Sequence record: PP496439.1
Direction: 5' to 3' (one strand)
DNA: 64,000 bases
Part shown: in pieces, positions 9,113 through 17,617 of the stretch
Numbering within the stretch: position 1 is the stretch's first letter
Layout: each line of letters begins with the position of its first letter
Notes under the pieces: model-generated
Databases searched by the model: none
What the model was told of the DNA's origin: nothing
Seen by the model: the letters and a program-made list of their open reading frames with translations, nothing else
Program-made: the position numbers and the translations under genes

Positions 9113-11509
9113 TTAGATATGCTTTCGTGGGGCGAACTGGCCGATACGAACCACCGAGTCTTGAGCAACGTTCTGCGCGAAGTAAACGGTAACACGAACA
9201 GTCACCGCAGTCTCCGTGCCGTCCCACGTGTAGCGCTGAGTCTCCAGCGATGTCAATGGAACAACAGCTGGCAAGGTGTAAGGATCTACGTACTTGTCAC
9301 CGTCTCGGAAGTAGAACACGGTCGATGCGGAGTTGACAGGTTTGGTTACCAGCACCTCAGCAGTTACTCCGAGAATACCGGACGTAGTACCGTCTACCCG
9401 AATCGCACCCACCAGACTGAACACGTCGCCCACGGCCATGTTGGCAAGTGAGAAGGTAGTCGTCGGGGAGAACGCCAGATACGCGGCGGCTACACTAGGT
9501 GTACCCCCGAACTGAATGACCTGGTATTCACCGGGGCCGTCAGTACGTACTTCTTTGCTCCAGGTGGTAGTCAACCCGGTGAACGCTGAGCCTGCAGCCT
9601 TGAAGCCAGTCGCAACCACCGAACCTGCTGTGGGGTTGACCGAAGCCGTAGACATGTTCGAGGAACCGAGCAGCAACGGATTCGCGCCGAGAGATCCGGT
9701 CTTGTTAACCGCGCTGTAGAGGTCACCCGAGTCAACTGGCAGGTCAACTGGCAGGAACTCCAGTCTACGAACCAATGGCAGGTAGGGTTGAGCGAGCTTG
9801 AACGCACCTTGTACGTGTGGGTGCAAGCCATCACGCAGGTCGGCTTCCACGATAGCGTCCCAGGTATTGACTACCGGAGTCCACTTCGACACCTCGTTGG
9901 TGATCCAGTTGTGCACTTCGATGTGATCTGCGAGGGCTTGGCCGGTAAGGACCTTATCACCAAAGCGAGGCGTCTCGTTACCCACGATAACGATCTTGCC
10001 AGCACGTTGCAGGCGGCGGATGATTGCCGTGATGTTACGCTTGGAATCACCTGCAGTCATTGCTGGGGCAGAAGCGGTACGGTCGTTGGTACTTCCGAGG
10101 AAGAACACGATATCACCCACCGCAGCCGCAACTGCCTCGACACGTGCCAACATCTCAGCAGTGTTCTGGCCGCCGATACCGAAGTTCAGCGTGTAAGGCA
10201 ACCGGATCACGCCGGTGAGCATGGCTACCCAGTTGTAGATACCATAGTTCTTGGTCGAGAACGCGGTGGACGATGCGGTTGCCGCTAGGCCTGTAACCGC
10301 GTGGTTCATCTCTGTACGGCTGTCACCAAAGAGGATAACTTCCCGGAGCAAAGGTCGGGACGGGAACACCAGCTTGTTCCAAGATCCATTGGATCGAGTG
10401 AACTGACCTGGAAGTGATGCACTCACATCCGAGATCAGACCGGATAGATCTGTTTTACTTGCCAGCCCTGCCAGATCTGTTCTACTCGCCAGATTAGCGA
10501 TTTCGGTCTTGGTCGCAGCCCCTGACACGCCCTGACTCAGCGTACTAAGCGAGGTGGACAACCCGTTGATCGTGTTGATATCTTGAGTGCCGGTATGAGT
10601 ACCCCGGTCACGCAGACTTGCATCGGTGTCGTTCTTGGTGGCTCCGACGGCAACGCCCGTGAGCTTGTCTTTGTCTGCGGTTACGTAAGCATTGGTATCA
10701 GGGTTACTTTCGTACAGCGTCTTTACCTGGGAAGCTGTCACCGGGGTGGCGCTGCTGGAACTCAAGACCCATTTGTTGTCCGACGCGTCCCATATGTATC
10801 GGGCTACATCTGCACCTGCAACGTCCACGTCAGCATAGTTACCAGCGACCGGCAGCGATACGCCTGCGGTGAGTGCGGACAGCGACGTGAACGTACCTCG
10901 GAACATCGGACCTTCGACACCCGCAAGCTTGGTCTTTTCCGCTGGGGTGAAGTTGGACTGGGACAGTGAATAGCCCGTCTGCTTTTCTACCTTGGTGTCC
11001 AACAAGTTCTGCAGGACGGCCCGAACGTAGGCATCGTCATAGTTGAACAGTTCGGCAAGCTTATTCTTCTGAGCCGCGTCGAAATCGTTGGTGGATAGCA
11101 TCTTGCCGGGGACTACGGCAACCGCACCGAGGTCAGCAGCCGTCTTCGGAATGTAGGGGGCATCAACCAGATCCCCGAACAACCCGGTGGTAGCCACCTT
11201 GGCGAGTCCGGGAATGTTACCGCCGCCACCGGAACCATCACCTGCCGCGACTGCCGCTGCCGTACTGGTGCTGATCGAGGGGTCCATGACCCGACGGTGG
11301 AACTCTTGAGCGTTGGAGTATGAGAGGATAGAGTCTTCGGAGCAAACCAACAAGCCCCGTGCTACCTGAGTCCTCAACATCTCAAAGCTTTGCAGTACGA
11401 ATTTTTCCGAAGGGTAGAAGAAATTACCCTCCGTCAAAGTAGTACCTTCGATGGACAGTCCCTTCGGGGCGGAGGCCGTTCGTTTGAAACCAATAGATGA
11501 TGCTGCCAT
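9113..11509 (-). CDS. Fibre/tailspike protein with SGNH/GDSL hydrolase (esterase/deacetylase) domain
   Basis: All SGNH blocks are present: FGDSRT, NFGIGGQNTAEML, GSTND, DGLHP. N-terminal fibre repeats (LSTNDF, EKTKLAGV). Confidence 0.85.
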   Translation of the reverse strand: MAASSIGFKRTASAPKGLSIEGTTLTEGNFFYPSEKFVLQSFEMLRTQVARGLLVCSEDSILSYSNAQEFHRRVMDPSISTSTAAAVAAGDGSGGGGNIPGLAKVATTGLFGDLVDAPYIPKTAADLGAVAVVPGKMLSTNDFDAAQKNKLAELFNYDDAYVRAVLQNLLDTKVEKQTGYSLSQSNFTPAEKTKLAGVEGPMFRGTFTSLSALTAGVSLPVAGNYADVDVAGADVARYIWDASDNKWVLSSSSATPVTASQVKTLYESNPDTNAYVTADKDKLTGVAVGATKNDTDASLRDRGTHTGTQDINTINGLSTSLSTLSQGVSGAATKTEIANLASRTDLAGLASKTDLSGLISDVSASLPGQFTRSNGSWNKLVFPSRPLLREVILFGDSRTEMNHAVTGLAATASSTAFSTKNYGIYNWVAMLTGVIRLPYTLNFGIGGQNTAEMLARVEAVAAAVGDIVFFLGSTNDRTASAPAMTAGDSKRNITAIIRRLQRAGKIVIVGNETPRFGDKVLTGQALADHIEVHNWITNEVSKWTPVVNTWDAIVEADLRDGLHPHVQGAFKLAQPYLPLVRRLEFLPVDLPVDSGDLYSAVNKTGSLGANPLLLGSSNMSTASVNPTAGSVVATGFKAAGSAFTGLTTTWSKEVRTDGPGEYQVIQFGGTPSVAAAYLAFSPTTTFSLANMAVGDVFSLVGAIRVDGTTSGILGVTAEVLVTKPVNSASTVFYFRDGDKYVDPYTLPAVVPLTSLETQRYTWDGTETAVTVRVTVYFAQNVAQDSVVRIGQFAPRKHI

Positions 11510-11626
11510 AATACTCTCCAGTTCGGTCCTGACTACGTTGTATGTCTATACCACCTTTGATTAGGTGGGACGGAATGCCCGAAAACAGATCTGGGAAATA
11601 ACGTCCTGATTTAACCTGGTATGCGT

Positions 11627-11639
11627 GTAATTAGGACTT
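11627..11639 (-). promoter_or_regulatory. Candidate late-promoter motif AAGTCCTAATTAC upstream of the SGNH fibre
   Basis: Intergenic, just downstream of a terminator, identical to 5311-5323. Confidence 0.5.
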
Positions 11640-11649
11640 TCAGACAAAT

Positions 11650-11682
11650 AAAAGCCCGCACGGCGGGGGCCAATGCGGGCTT
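11650..11682 (-). terminator. Intrinsic terminator
   Basis: AAGCCCGCA/TGCGGGCTT stem followed by a T-rich tract on the minus strand, directly after the 11686 stop. Confidence 0.7.
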
Positions 11683-11685
11683 AGA

Positions 11686-12894
11686 TTATGCAGAGGGTAC
11701 AGGATCCCAACTAACCTTGAATACTTTTCCGAGGTATTTGACAACCCGGCTGTAGTTCTTGGACTCGTCCATAATGCCTATCACGTAGTTGAGCACGTCA
11801 CCCCGGATCTGTGACTGACTCCACGCTTGGGGTACACCTTTCATGTAGTCCTGTGCTGGACCTGGAATCCACTTGGCGCTGGCTGCGGAGTGCAACGTCA
11901 GGTTAGTAGCACTCATCTCTGTCAGCTTGATCGCACCCAAGTCCCGGAGGACCAGCATCAAGGTGTTGATTGCCCGGTAGCTTGGCAGGTCCATATTGCG
12001 GCATACGCCTTGAACCGTGGCGAAGTCGATGAACTCATTGGGCTTGAACATTTCCGCAGGCTTAGGGTAATGATCGATAACCTTGAATGGTTCGTAGTAC
12101 GGCCCCTTCTCAGTCTTAGGCGGTTCCTTTTCCATGGATCTAACCAGATCGTCGATAGCCTCCGGACACATTGAGTTCTCACGTCGCGGTTCGCTGACGA
12201 TGGTTGCCAACACCTTAGGGGCATCCCACTTGGCTGGCTCTTTAACTGACAACGGCGGCGATGGGTCAACGGCCAGCACTGGCGCTGGAACTTCCGGTTT
12301 GGCCGGGGTCACCGGCTTCGCAGGCTGCGTTTTGGGCGGCTTTGCTGGTTTGGCCGGGGATTGTGTAGCTTTCGGCAGTTTGTTCAAGGCGGAGCGTTTC
12401 ACGGGCTTGCGAGTGGCGAGCATGATGTCGAGCGTGTGCTTGGTCTCAGGACACTTGCACGCGTTCATCAGATCCACGATGGCGTTGATCGGCATCATCA
12501 TGCTCTCAGCTTGCAATTCTCCGTCAGGAATCTTGATCGGTTTGCTTTGGCCTGGCTGACGTACTATCTCAAAGTGCAGCAGGTTATCAGCCAGTCCCGG
12601 AATGTTGGCCCAGTACTCACAGACGGCTTTGATGTCATCGTGAGTCTTCGGCAGTTGAAGCAGATGCTTGCGCAGGGACGCGCCGGAATAGGTGAGCCCG
12701 CAAGACTTGAGTGCCGAAGCAATCTGCTCGAATGAGGCGCCATACGTACGCATCCTGACAATACCCGGTAATGCCTTGTCCAACAACAACTGTACTTCTT
12801 TTCTTAACTTACGCGGCCCATCATAGTCGTACTCTTCAGCCAGCTTTAGGAACTGGTCAAGGTCGAACTGTGGTTTATCAGTTGTGTCTTTCAT
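11686..12894 (-). CDS. Hypothetical protein with N-terminal HTH-like domain and Pro/Lys-rich linker
   Basis: GASFEQIASALKSCGLTYSGASLRKHL resembles plasmid StbA/TraK-type HTH domains. PAKPAKPPKTQPAKPVTPAKP linker. Confidence 0.7.
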   Translation of the reverse strand: MKDTTDKPQFDLDQFLKLAEEYDYDGPRKLRKEVQLLLDKALPGIVRMRTYGASFEQIASALKSCGLTYSGASLRKHLLQLPKTHDDIKAVCEYWANIPGLADNLLHFEIVRQPGQSKPIKIPDGELQAESMMMPINAIVDLMNACKCPETKHTLDIMLATRKPVKRSALNKLPKATQSPAKPAKPPKTQPAKPVTPAKPEVPAPVLAVDPSPPLSVKEPAKWDAPKVLATIVSEPRRENSMCPEAIDDLVRSMEKEPPKTEKGPYYEPFKVIDHYPKPAEMFKPNEFIDFATVQGVCRNMDLPSYRAINTLMLVLRDLGAIKLTEMSATNLTLHSAASAKWIPGPAQDYMKGVPQAWSQSQIRGDVLNYVIGIMDESKNYSRVVKYLGKVFKVSWDPVPSA

Positions 12895-12956
12895 TTAGGG
12901 TAGTCTCAAAGTGGGAGGAACCTACGCATTGCAGGTCCACCCCGGTTGCTTCGGTG

Positions 12957-13250
12957 TTACTCTGACGAGACGTTGACGATGGTTACGCCTTCACATTCCT
13001 TCAGGCGATTGATGAACTCCTGAATAGCCTCTGCTGGGTCCACGTAGAATATCTGGCGGGCCACAGCTTCTACGTCGAAGAAGCTAGCGTCGGTATGAAC
13101 TGCCAGACGACTAACGCTTCGTATGGTGGACTGCTGACTACCCGATTCCGTATCTACATCAACGGACCCGGACAGGGTTACCATAAAGATAGTAACCTCC
13201 GTCGATGTTCCCGGCTCAGAATCCACATTTGGATCTTGTGTATCATTCAT
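12957..13250 (-). CDS. Hypothetical protein (97 aa)
   Basis: ORF whose start overlaps the recA stop. Confidence 0.6.
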   Translation of the reverse strand: MNDTQDPNVDSEPGTSTEVTIFMVTLSGSVDVDTESGSQQSTIRSVSRLAVHTDASFFDVEAVARQIFYVDPAEAIQEFINRLKECEGVTIVNVSSE

Positions 13251-14799
13251 CTTCTACTTCCTCTTCTTCCTCATCCAGACCAGCGCCGGACAAGTGGTTG
13301 AAATACAACTCCAGGCCACGGCCCGAAGAAATCTGTGCGGCCAGCACTTCACGGATGTCGAAGTCTTTCACTTCCCATTCTGCCGTCAGCTCCTTGCGGG
13401 CCTTGCCTTTGAACAGGACCAGTTGTTTCAGATCCTCCCACGTCAAGTCCAGCTCAGGGATAGACTTGCTGTCGGCATGCAGCGTGAAAGACTTCATGTT
13501 GCCGGACAGCTGACCGGTCATACGCAGGTAGTACCACGTATCCCAGACCGGATCGAAGCCACGACCTTTACCACTGGCGTCGCTGATCCACAAGCGCTGC
13601 CAGATTTCAAGGTTGTCAACCCCGTACTTGTTCTTGATCGCCTTCATATTGATGAAGCGATAAGTGTCTGTACCGGACGCGCCTACGCTTGGCTCTTCCA
13701 TCGTGGCGCCAGTGGCCGAGATGAAGTCCGGGCAGGCGCGAGGGGTTTGCATGATCCGTGCACCGGTGGCGTGTTTGATCGCCATGCCGCCAGGTTCATA
13801 GTTCGGGTTACCCATTCGCATGCCCGGATTCTGACGGATCTGGTTGATCGACACCACGGTCGCCATTTTCTTCCGCAGTCGGCCCCACACCTTCTTGATG
13901 TGCTTGGAGTGCATACGTGCATCCAGAGCCATACCCCGGCTACCGTCACCGTCTTCCCCTTCGTCTTCCTCGGTGGTCATCGAGGCAATGGAGTCGAGCA
14001 GGATCAGACACTGCATCATGCCGCCGTTGGGCGACTTCATCCGCAGCTTGCCTTTGTAGACGGTGTACTTGCCCTTGAACTTGCTCATGTTCTCTTTGGT
14101 GCGGTCATACAGCAGATACCACTCGCCGTTGATATGCACCTTGTCGGGCAGCTTTTTCAGGATCGACGACATCACCTTGTAGAACTTCTCGCCCGACGAT
14201 TCGTTGTAGTAACGAACGCGAGGTGGGACTACGTAGTTGCCTTTATCGTCCTTCACGCCGAACATACGCTTCATGCTGATCTTGATGCCTTGGGCTTCGA
14301 GCATGTTGACGATGTAGTCTTCGGCACCGGTGTTCTCATAGTCCCACCAAAAGGACATTGGAACGCCAGCCAAACAGATGGAACCCAACCACGACATCAG
14401 GTTGGTGGACTTGCCCGAACCTTCCGGCCCCGAGAAGTTATACCAGCCACCGGGATAGATACCACCCGCCAGCATCAGGTCGGTGCACAGCATCCCTGTG
14501 GACACTCGCCCTTCCCGGAGGATCTCCAAGTCCGATACACCTTGGACGATGTTGAAGTGTTCCTCCACCTCGTCGATCATGGCAGTGACGCCCATCATCT
14601 CAAGGATTTCGTCTACCATGTCTTCGCGAGACTTGGGTGGCGCTTCAACCTTTGCAGCGGCTGCTTTGTTGGCCCCACGCTTCGCGGGTACCTTGGCGTC
14701 CTCGATCAGCTTTTCCGCAAGTGCGCTGACCTTTTTCTTGGTTGCTACCGTCGCAGTCTTGACGGGTTTAGCTTTAGCTCTGGTAGTGGCTGCTGCCAT
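13243..14799 (-). CDS. recA: RecA/UvsX-like recombinase
   Basis: VSTGMLCTDLMLAGG, Walker A SGPEGSGKST, Walker B ILLDSIASM, INQIRQNPG, EPGGMAIKHATGARI. Ala/Lys-rich N-terminal extension and acidic C-tail. Confidence 0.9.
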   Translation of the reverse strand: MAAATTRAKAKPVKTATVATKKKVSALAEKLIEDAKVPAKRGANKAAAAKVEAPPKSREDMVDEILEMMGVTAMIDEVEEHFNIVQGVSDLEILREGRVSTGMLCTDLMLAGGIYPGGWYNFSGPEGSGKSTNLMSWLGSICLAGVPMSFWWDYENTGAEDYIVNMLEAQGIKISMKRMFGVKDDKGNYVVPPRVRYYNESSGEKFYKVMSSILKKLPDKVHINGEWYLLYDRTKENMSKFKGKYTVYKGKLRMKSPNGGMMQCLILLDSIASMTTEEDEGEDGDGSRGMALDARMHSKHIKKVWGRLRKKMATVVSINQIRQNPGMRMGNPNYEPGGMAIKHATGARIMQTPRACPDFISATGATMEEPSVGASGTDTYRFINMKAIKNKYGVDNLEIWQRLWISDASGKGRGFDPVWDTWYYLRMTGQLSGNMKSFTLHADSKSIPELDLTWEDLKQLVLFKGKARKELTAEWEVKDFDIREVLAAQISSGRGLELYFNHLSGAGLDEEEEEVEDE

Positions 14800-14822
14800 G
14801 GAGATGTACCTGCGTCGTAAAT

Positions 14823-14864
14823 AAAAAATGGGGCACCGACCAGCGAACCGGCAGATGCCCCATT
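14823..14864 (-). terminator. Intrinsic terminator downstream of the readthrough extension
   Basis: AATGGGGCA/TGCCCCATT stem, 20-nt structured loop, then a U tract. Confidence 0.7.
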
Positions 14865-14880
14865 AGGGTTGCGCAACAGA

Positions 14881-15057
14881 TCACTTACGTGACTTGCGAC
14901 GCTTCGCTTTGACCGTACTCACCGCCTTGAAGCCGGGCTTATTGTAGTCCGGTCTGGCATCGGCGGCGAGGTTGAACAACCCCCCGCTGCTCGGGTCAAA
15001 GCCTTTGGCGGATCGGCCCTTCGGCTTACCGCCGCCGGACTTACCGCCGGCCTGCAG
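14881..15057 (-). other. In-frame 58-codon basic extension after the TGA of the acidic protein (stop-readthrough candidate)
   Basis: LQAGGKSGGGKPKGRSAKGFDPSSGGLFNLAADARPDYNKPGFKAVSTVKAKRRKSRK then TGA at 14881-14883. No ATG in this frame; codons AAG/GGC/GCC match the upstream gene. Confidence 0.6.
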
Positions 15058-15861
15058 TCACTCGATGTCGAGTTCGATCTTCAGCTTTTTGGCCGCTTTG
15101 ACGATCTTGTCCTTGCCCGCTTCGACAACTTTCTCGACGATGGCGTCGGTGTCGTCCTTGCGGCCGATGGTGATCTTCAGTGCTTTGGCCAGCGACTTCA
15201 GTTCGTCTTCGTCCAGCTCTTCGAGGGCGTCTTGGAGTTCTTCTTCCTCCTCTTCTTCCTCCTCGTTTTCTTCTTCCTCTTCTTCGCCGTCGCCCAGTTC
15301 GATTTCCAGCTCTTCAGCTGCGTCACGAACGTCGTCTTCGTCTTCTTCGAGGATCAGCGCGATGATCGCGTCTTCGTCGTCTTTCTTGCCGACTTTGATT
15401 TCCAGCTCTTTGGCCAGCGCTTTGAGGTCTTTCAGGGAAAGTTCACCGAGTTCGGCTTCGAGGTCGCCTTCCTCTTTTTCGTCTTCTTCCTCCTCCTCCT
15501 CCTCGTTTTCTTCCTCTTCCTCTTCGGATTCCTCCAGTTCGAGGTCGATGTCCAACGCGTCGGCCGCGTCTTCGATGTCCGACTGGGACGCCGCTTCGGC
15601 CAGAGCTTCGGCCATGGCTTCTTCGTCAGCGCCCTTGGCGAACTTGACCTTCAGCTTCTTGCCCAGCTGCTTCAGCTCGTCTTCGTCCAGATCGGCCAGC
15701 GCTTCGATCAGTGCTTCCTTGTCGTCGCCCTTTTCACCGCCGCCTTCTTCGTCCAGCTCTTCCGCCAGTTCAGCGATTTCGGCGAATGCTGCCTTGGCCT
15801 TTTTGTCCTTGGTCGCTTCTGCTGCTGCTTCGGCCAGTTCGATGATTTTTTCAACAGACAT
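15058..15861 (-). CDS. Highly acidic protein (about 40% D+E) with three helical repeats and poly-Glu spacers
   Basis: Repeats LDEDELKQLGKKLKVK / LSLKDLKALAKELEIK / LDEDELKSLAKALKIT (Rho-N/HeH-like). RBS AAAGAGG. Confidence 0.85.
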   Translation of the reverse strand: MSVEKIIELAEAAAEATKDKKAKAAFAEIAELAEELDEEGGGEKGDDKEALIEALADLDEDELKQLGKKLKVKFAKGADEEAMAEALAEAASQSDIEDAADALDIDLELEESEEEEEENEEEEEEEDEKEEGDLEAELGELSLKDLKALAKELEIKVGKKDDEDAIIALILEEDEDDVRDAAEELEIELGDGEEEEEENEEEEEEEEELQDALEELDEDELKSLAKALKITIGRKDDTDAIVEKVVEAGKDKIVKAAKKLKIELDIE

Positions 15862-15959
15862 GGTACATCCTCTTTACGGGTAGGGTGCCAACTAAGGCTC
15901 TTTAATCAACGGGGCGCCGTTTGGCTCACCCCGTTATACGAATGATTTACAGCGGTCTT

Positions 15960-17048
15960 TCAGCGACGACTTGAACGCGAGGATCTTGTCGACGTTTTCT
16001 CTTTGTCGCGGCTGGTACGGCTGCTGCGTTCCGACCGGCTCGACGTTGATTTACCGGACTTCTCCGGCTTATCAGCTTTGACCTTGGTTTTCTCGCGGCG
16101 GGAAGTACGCTCGGGCTTCTCTTCACGGCTGCTGCTACGCTTGCTGCCTCGCAGTGGACGATCCGATTCACGCTTTCGCTTGCTGCCCCGGTCGAGATCC
16201 TTACCGGCCTTCTCTTCCTCTTCCTCGACTTCCTCGGCATCCGGAGCCTTGGATTCCAAACTTGCCACTTCCTTTACAGCATCTGCGTAGGACATTGGCT
16301 GGTCGAGGTTGCCGAGGATGTCCCATTGCAGATACTTCTGCTCGGTACGGGACAGCGGAGTATGGCCTGTGCTGGAATCCAGCTGCACGTCATACATGTC
16401 CGACGCCGACTTCGCGTCTTTATCGTAGGACACCAGAATGTCACGACCGAACTCGGGATCACCCAGCGGCATGATCTGCACGCCCTGCTTGGTTTTCACC
16501 TTGTTGGTGTCTTCCAGCTTCTTGATCTTGCCAGCGATACGGTCGGTAACCCGCATGACGCGAACCGGGGTCCACGAGGCGCTGTTGATGTTGTCCACGA
16601 AGCCGGTCTTCTTCTCGTTGGCCGAGTGCTCGGGGACACGCTTCGGCTCGCTGTCTTGCAGTTCCCGCACGATGACCGGTACGTAGTAGTACTTCTTGGT
16701 CTGCTTGGGATTGCTGATCTCAGCGAACGGGCAGTCGATGGTGGTGTCGAAGGTATCCGCGTCCCGGTCGAAGTTCAACGGGGTATGCGAGATATCGAAC
16801 TCACCCTTCGGCGTAACGATCTTGATCGAGTACACCACATCTGGAATCGGATCACCGACGATACGCACAGCGATGAAAGCACCACCTGGCGGGTATTCGA
16901 TCATCTTCACTTTCTTGTTGAAGTACACCCGCTTGCCGCCGGTCTGGCCAGCATTGGTCGCACCGAAACCTTTACGAGCTGGGGCAGCACCAACGCTACC
17001 ACCTCCGCCAGTACGGCTACGACCGGTTCTTGCACTGTCACGTGCCAT
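15960..17048 (-). CDS. Putative gp32-like single-stranded DNA-binding protein
   Basis: Position next to recA. Core resembles the gp32-like family (KKYYYVPVIVR, VRVMRV, DPEFGRDILVSY, MYDVQ). Termini are R/G- and R/S-rich. Confidence 0.6.
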   Translation of the reverse strand: MARDSARTGRSRTGGGGSVGAAPARKGFGATNAGQTGGKRVYFNKKVKMIEYPPGGAFIAVRIVGDPIPDVVYSIKIVTPKGEFDISHTPLNFDRDADTFDTTIDCPFAEISNPKQTKKYYYVPVIVRELQDSEPKRVPEHSANEKKTGFVDNINSASWTPVRVMRVTDRIAGKIKKLEDTNKVKTKQGVQIMPLGDPEFGRDILVSYDKDAKSASDMYDVQLDSSTGHTPLSRTEQKYLQWDILGNLDQPMSYADAVKEVASLESKAPDAEEVEEEEEKAGKDLDRGSKRKRESDRPLRGSKRSSSREEKPERTSRREKTKVKADKPEKSGKSTSSRSERSSRTSRDKEKTSTRSSRSSRR

Positions 17049-17107
17049 GGGACATCCTCTTTCGGTTAGCTTACATCCCGTATTTACAGGATCTGATTTG
17101 GGGTGGA

Positions 17108-17617
17108 TTATTTCGGATCTGAAACTGGCTGCATGTCCATTAATTTACCGGACACCAGCACGAACATCTCCAGAAAAGCGCGGGTAACCACGTTCTTCTT
17201 ACGCTGGGACTCTTGAATCCGCAGCATGGAGTTGAAGGTGGCCAGCCGCAACGATGCCGAGGCGCTAAGCGCTGCATCGAAATACTCGGTCAGAGCCATT
17301 CCTTCCAGAACCTTGAAAGGAACCCCGGTAGTCTTCCAATCAACGGGTAGGACCACGGAGTCTGCGTCACCGTTATAATTAGGCCACCCCGGCTTGCCCA
17401 GGCTTGGAACGTATACCGAATCCTTATCCAGACCGGACTTACCAATCTCGGATAGCACGCGGTCCACCTGCATGTCGAACCACGCCCGTAGCGTAGAATC
17501 CATGGCCTCGAACTGGGCAAGACTCATAGTGGACAGGATCACCGGGGTCAGTACTGTCTCGTTCGTGAACACCGGCAGTTCTTTATCGAACGGTGTGCTC
17601 TCGTCGTTACTGAGCAT
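17108..17617 (-). CDS. Hypothetical protein (169 aa)
   Basis: ORF in the operon, overlapping the upstream stop. Confidence 0.7.
   Translation of the reverse strand: MLSNDESTPFDKELPVFTNETVLTPVILSTMSLAQFEAMDSTLRAWFDMQVDRVLSEIGKSGLDKDSVYVPSLGKPGWPNYNGDADSVVLPVDWKTTGVPFKVLEGMALTEYFDAALSASASLRLATFNSMLRIQESQRKKNVVTRAFLEMFVLVSGKLMDMQPVSDPK

Noticed and set aside
13294-14820. 508-aa plus-strand ORF opposite recA (also 15232..15945, 21329..22297, 22394..23239, 44775..45956, 48101..49144, 52060..53526)
   Set aside because: Antisense shadows of genes with strong codon bias. They have no motifs or RBS and are fully overlapped by well-supported minus-strand genes.
15241-15530. TCTTCC/TCC-rich repeats as a tandem-repeat or contingency locus
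   Set aside because: They encode the poly-Glu tracts with mixed GAA/GAG codons and are explained by the protein.
14800-15875. Complementarity between the recA leader (GGTACATC) and the acidic-gene RBS (GATGTACC)
   Set aside because: Only 8 nt and about 1 kb apart; expected by chance at this scale without covariation data.
15863-15959. Readthrough after the SSB TGA stop
   Set aside because: The downstream frame (KTAVNHSYNGVSQ...) lacks codon bias, the context is TGA-A, and it crosses a hairpin. Unlike the 15058 case, it does not look coding.
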